Made by a program: the position numbers and the translations under genes. A stretch of 35,530 nucleotides of DNA from Lobosporangium transversale (Eukaryota): positions 1 to 35,530 of the forward strand of contig NW_019029082.1 in NCBI RefSeq assembly GCF_002105155.1, written 5' to 3'. The notes beneath the pieces were generated by a model. That model saw only the letters and a program-made list of their open reading frames with translations, did not search any database and was not told the origin of the DNA. This document shows, piece after piece, positions 31,473 to 35,530 of this stretch. Position 1 is the first letter of the stretch. The number at the start of each line of letters is the position of its first letter.

Positions 31473-34367
31473 CTACAATCGACTCCTTATTGGGGCGGAT
31501 TGGAGAATCTTTTTATTATAGGTGTTCAACTGGTTGCGCAGGTTGGAGCCTTTATAAATTATCCATGTGGTTTGTGTATTCTCATAACGGGCAGGTTTGA
31601 GGGTATGGATATCTCGTAGAATCATACGTCCAAACTGTTCAAGTTTGTCACGTCCAGGGATGTTATGGAGGAACATTTTTTTGATAATAGTATCATTTTT
31701 CTGAGACGAGGGTGCCGGGTACAAAAGAGTATTCCGTTCATCGTATGAGTGTAATCTGAGTTGATTGTTGATTACATGTGAGGGGTAGTTTCTATTAAGA
31801 AGATGTTGGGCAAATTGTGCTGTGGCATGGGTGTGGAAAGAAGACTGACTAGAGTTTCTAATTAGTCTTTGGTTTTCACCATTAATCCAGTTAAAAACAT
31901 ATTTCCTAGGGTAGTATGTATCTGGATCAGTGTATAGGTGTTTATTAACGGGTTTGTCGAAAGGAGCAATAGTAAATCGGGTTGGACTAGTATTGTTATC
32001 GACAGAAATAAGAAGGTCGAGCATAACTACTTGTTGACCATTGTTACCATGGTCGATAGTGATATTAAGACTTTGACAAGAGGCATAAATCTGATGAAGT
32101 TTAATGTCAATGTATGGTTTCAAAAGATTGAATGTCTCTTTAGACCAGGGAAGGTTATCATGTTTGGTAGTTCTGATTATGGCAAAGCCATCATCTATAT
32201 ACCGGAACAGGGTGATGTCAAAGAAATCGAGTTTATAGAAAAACATTGGGGAATTAGTGCCAACTGGAAGGTTGTCAGGAAAAACTCCATGGAATTGTTG
32301 TTGTTTCTCTACGCAGCATGCAAAGAGGCGGGCTATGGTGGGTGCCATGGGAGTTCCCATAGCTAAGCCTTTGACTTGTCTGTAATTATTTGTAAGGTCA
32401 GAGACAAGGCAGTTCTTATTAACCCATTCTGCGAGTTTCAGACATATTTGGATTTCATAATTGTAAGAATGATTGCAGAAGTAGTGTAGTATGGTTTTTC
32501 TGGCTTCTTCAAAGTCGATGTTACCATACATGTTGATGACGTCGAAAGCTGCTAATGAGTAATGGCAGTAAGGATCAAAGTCAAAATTTTCTAGATAACG
32601 TATTAGTGTGGGGGTGTCGGGAAGATCTCTAGGGAACTCATTAAGTAGAGGGCGCAGGTTTCTATCGACAAACTGACTAATAGTGTGTGTTATCCAAGGG
32701 AAAGAGGGGACTATAGGTCTAGCACCGGGTGGTGACTTATGTATTTTAGGTAAAAGATACATAACTGGGACAGTATAGAAGTTAGGATTGGTTCTAACAT
32801 TATCTCTTATTAGTTTAGCTTCTGAGAGTAATTTATTTTTAATTCTAAGAGGACTAAGATTGACTATAGAAAAGAGTGAGTTTATCATATTGTCAATGGA
32901 GAACGAAGGGCACGGGACATAACAGGAAGTATCTGTTAGAAGTTTCGTAGTCTGGGATGTATACCAGTCTAGGTCCATAATAGTGAGTCCTAAGTTTTTA
33001 TCAGCAGGGCCAATGATAAGTTTATGGGTAAGCATAAAGTTAATGGTCTTGTTGATTTTGGAAAGGAGTTTTTTGTGAGGATTGTTTTCTCTGATTTTAG
33101 TTATATTATTAATTAACTGAGGTTTGTAGGCATCGAACAGAACATTAGCTAGATTAATATCTAGTTTATTAATATTCCTACAAAGTTGGTTACGCAATTT
33201 CTTTAGTTCTGAGCTCAGAACAACATAGTTGGGAGGTTTATGTATATTGAAATTGACTCCTTTATTTAAGACTTGAAGAATATCATGGGGGATGGATTGT
33301 ACGGAAGACATATTGTTGACTCCGACAAAATCATGTAAATCTACTTTTTTTGTTTCTGAGGGGATGGGGCTTTTTTCACGGGGCCTTTTCCTTTCTTTAC
33401 ATGGGTGGTTTTCTTGGAGGACGTTGGGGGACCACCTTTCTTCTTGTCTTTCTTCGCCATCGATGGGCCTTTTGGTCCTTTGTATTTGTTGGTGTCGTTC
33501 TGTCGACGTGATGGCTTGGGTTTGCTTGGCTTCTTCTTCGAGGCGTCCTTCTTGGTATTCTAGAGGGAAAGTAGAGTTGATCTTAGAATAGATTATATTT
33601 AATCGTGGAGCAAACCAAAGGGAAACAATTATCTTGAATACCTTTAATCCAAGATTTAATTGCTGGAATTCTGCAGTGGCTCGTAATACTTGCACTTGAG
33701 CAGAAAACTCAATAGCAGTGGCACGAATCAGCTTGTAGGTGAAGTCTTTACCCAGATTATTCAGATGAGAATTGTTTTCAACGGCCACAAGGGCAGATGA
33801 AAGGGTGTCCGCTAGCTGTCTGGGGAGGGTGTCATTGAGTTCACTTTGGCATTGTTGGATGATATTTGCTTTGTCAGCTTTAATGGCCGATACTAACAAA
33901 TTGTCAAACGAAGTGCTAAGTGTAGCAAGGACGTCCTTTGACAGGGTAACACGGTTATTGTTGACAGTAAGATGTCCCCAATAGCCTAGTTGTGTCTTAG
34001 CGTTGACTTCACGCAGAATCTTCTGAGCCATTCGGATTTTATCCAAAAGAATGGCCGCCTTATTGACAAATTTGCTTAAGATGTCTGCGGCAACCCTGTC
34101 AGTCATCGTTCCCTTTTTGAAAGAGGGAAGATAGGAACCAGGGTTCAGAGAGGTGTCACTATTCCCAATATGATTATTGAGACGAGCGACGAGCTGCTCG
34201 AGGGTGGGAAGGTCTGCCGGTGCAGTCCCTCCTCCCATCTCGGCATCGGCATCGATCATAGCCTGACCTGGAACTTGTTGACCTGGGGTGACTTGGAAGA
34301 CATCCTGGTTTCCACGGGCAGAGCTTGACGATGAGGAGGGGCCGGGGGCAGCGTGAGTATTGACCAT
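31473..34367 (-). CDS. Penelope-like reverse transcriptase ORF, 964 aa unspliced
   Basis: PADKNLG, LPKIHK..RPIV, FDVINMY, GLAMGTPMAP, FRYIDD, MLDL and DKP motifs; the C-terminus ends without an endonuclease. Confidence 0.93.
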   Translation of the reverse strand: MVNTHAAPGPSSSSSSARGNQDVFQVTPGQQVPGQAMIDADAEMGGGTAPADLPTLEQLVARLNNHIGNSDTSLNPGSYLPSFKKGTMTDRVAADILSKFVNKAAILLDKIRMAQKILREVNAKTQLGYWGHLTVNNNRVTLSKDVLATLSTSFDNLLVSAIKADKANIIQQCQSELNDTLPRQLADTLSSALVAVENNSHLNNLGKDFTYKLIRATAIEFSAQVQVLRATAEFQQLNLGLKVFKIIVSLWFAPRLNIIYSKINSTFPLEYQEGRLEEEAKQTQAITSTERHQQIQRTKRPIDGEERQEERWSPNVLQENHPCKERKRPREKSPIPSETKKVDLHDFVGVNNMSSVQSIPHDILQVLNKGVNFNIHKPPNYVVLSSELKKLRNQLCRNINKLDINLANVLFDAYKPQLINNITKIRENNPHKKLLSKINKTINFMLTHKLIIGPADKNLGLTIMDLDWYTSQTTKLLTDTSCYVPCPSFSIDNMINSLFSIVNLSPLRIKNKLLSEAKLIRDNVRTNPNFYTVPVMYLLPKIHKSPPGARPIVPSFPWITHTISQFVDRNLRPLLNEFPRDLPDTPTLIRYLENFDFDPYCHYSLAAFDVINMYGNIDFEEARKTILHYFCNHSYNYEIQICLKLAEWVNKNCLVSDLTNNYRQVKGLAMGTPMAPTIARLFACCVEKQQQFHGVFPDNLPVGTNSPMFFYKLDFFDITLFRYIDDGFAIIRTTKHDNLPWSKETFNLLKPYIDIKLHQIYASCQSLNITIDHGNNGQQVVMLDLLISVDNNTSPTRFTIAPFDKPVNKHLYTDPDTYYPRKYVFNWINGENQRLIRNSSQSSFHTHATAQFAQHLLNRNYPSHVINNQLRLHSYDERNTLLYPAPSSQKNDTIIKKMFLHNIPGRDKLEQFGRMILRDIHTLKPARYENTQTTWIIYKGSNLRNQLNTYNKKILQSAPIRSRL
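33341..34367 (-). CDS. Predicted spliced 314-aa ORF1-like protein with a Lys-rich tail (exons 34367-33642 and 33559-33341)
   Basis: GTATTC...CTAAG...CTCTACTTTCCCTCTAG 82-nt intron; the spliced frame gives 72 aa with 25 Lys. Confidence 0.6.
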
Positions 34368-34382
34368 CTTGAGAGGAACTTG

Positions 34383-34916
34383 AGGGTTTTTGATAAGTAG
34401 GATGGGTTTTTTTGTGAAAAAGTGGAAAAAGTGACTGAGAGTGAGAAAGAAGACTGCGGGACAAGTGCTTGTTTCGATCTTTTCTCTTCAGCCTTGTCTT
34501 CTTTTTATACTTTTTTCACGCCTCTCGGACTCTCGGGAGAGAGGGTGAACGGTAACCCAAAAAGGAATCATTATCCAAATCGGGTCTCATCCGGAAACTC
34601 CTAGATTGTTTCAGATTGAGTCAGTTATGACGTAAGATCTAAAATTAATCTAAGTATAGATTACAAATAATTTATCCGAACGGTTAGACTAAAAAAGGAA
34701 GGTCTAAGTCCGAAAAAATCCTAGGATATATGTATCATTTCCGTGGTACGCGTCGACCTAGCAAACAGGTTTATTTGGAGCCAGCAAACCAGTTATTTGT
34801 GGCTTTCTACTCCTTAACTAGGGTCACGTGACAAAATTTATTTTTAGGTATCTATTTTTAGGGTCTATTTTTAGGGTTCTATTTTAGGGTTTTTTTAGGG
34901 TTATTTTTAGGGTTTT
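34383..34916 (-). repeat. Distal pseudo-LTR merging into the telomere
   Basis: Direct repeat of 30756-31289; ends 16 nt upstream of the ATG. Confidence 0.95.
34446..34504 (-). ncRNA. Type I hammerhead ribozyme, second copy
   Basis: Same sequence as 30819-30877; predicted cleavage between 34460 and 34459. Confidence 0.85.
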
Positions 34917-35530
34917 TTTTAGGGTTTTTTAGGGTTTTTTAGGGTTTTTTAGGGTTTTTTAGGGTTTTTTAGGGTTTTTTTAGGGTTTTTTAGGGTTTTT
35001 TAGGGTTTTTTAGGGTTTTTTAGGGTTTTTTAGGGTTTTTTAGGGTTTTTTTAGGGTTTTTTAGGGTTTTTTTAGGGTTTTTTAGGGTTTTTTAGGGTTT
35101 TTTAGGGTTTTTTAGGGTTTTTTTAGGGTTTTTTAGGGTTTTTTAGGGTTTTTTAGGGTTTTTTAGGGTTTTTTAGGGTTTTTTTAGGGTTTTTTAGGGT
35201 TTTTTAGGGTTTTTTAGGGTTTTTTAGGGTTTTTTAGGGTTTTTTAGGGTTTTTTAGGGTTTTTTAGGGTTTTTTAGGGTTTTTTAGGGTTTTTTAGGGT
35301 TTTTTTAGGGTTTTTTAGGGTTTTTTAGGGTTTTTTAGGGTTTTTTAGGGTTTTTTAGGGTTTTTTAGGGTTTTTTAGGGTTTTTTAGGGTTTTTTAGGG
35401 TTTTTTAGGGTTTTTTAGGGTTTTTTAGGGTTTTTTAGGGTTTTTTAGGGTTTTTTAGGGTTTTTTTAGGGTTTTTTAGGGTTTTTTAGGGTTTTTTAGG
35501 GTTTTTTAGGGTTTTTTAGGGTTTTTTAGG
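34917..35530 (+). repeat. Telomere (TTTTTTAGGG)n
   Basis: About 60 T6AG3 units, some T7, with the G-rich strand running to the sequence end. Confidence 0.97.

Larger units (their letters stand above)
30756..34916 (-). mobile_element. Telomere-attached, endonuclease-deficient Penelope-like retroelement (Athena/Coprina type)
   Basis: PLE-type RT, no GIY-YIG motif seen, 534-bp direct pseudo-LTRs with hammerheads, 5' end toward the telomere. Confidence 0.9.

Noticed and set aside
31473..34367. Telomerase (TERT) or group II intron RT
   Set aside because: DKN, PKIHK and MG-P motifs plus pseudo-LTRs are Penelope-type; no TERT T-motif was recognised.

Overview
Eukaryotic chromosome end: a subtelomere running into a (TTTTTTAGGG)n telomere at 34917-35530. 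Spliceosomal introns, a Crinkler gene and chromoviral LTR elements point to a fungus, probably Mucoromycota/Mortierellaceae (inference). Most of the window is nested and recombined transposons: three Ty3/gypsy families (A near-intact, B and C truncated, plus solo LTRs), several Tc1/mariner elements, hAT fragments, two MULE families, a Ulp1-protease gene and a frameshifted CRN-NTPase-nuclease gene. The standout is the terminal 4.2 kb (30756-34916), an endonuclease-less Penelope-like retroelement fused to the telomere. It has identical 534-bp direct repeats 3627 bp apart, each holding a type I hammerhead ribozyme and a variant telomere-repeat tract. Its proximal junction lies at a telomere-complementary 9-mer. 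A predicted 82-nt intron switches its ORF between a 314-aa basic-tailed protein and the 964-aa RT protein. The geometry fits ribozyme-processed, possibly circular RNA copied onto the chromosome end for more than one round and then capped by telomerase (hypothesis). All family calls come from motif recognition by eye; no searches were run.
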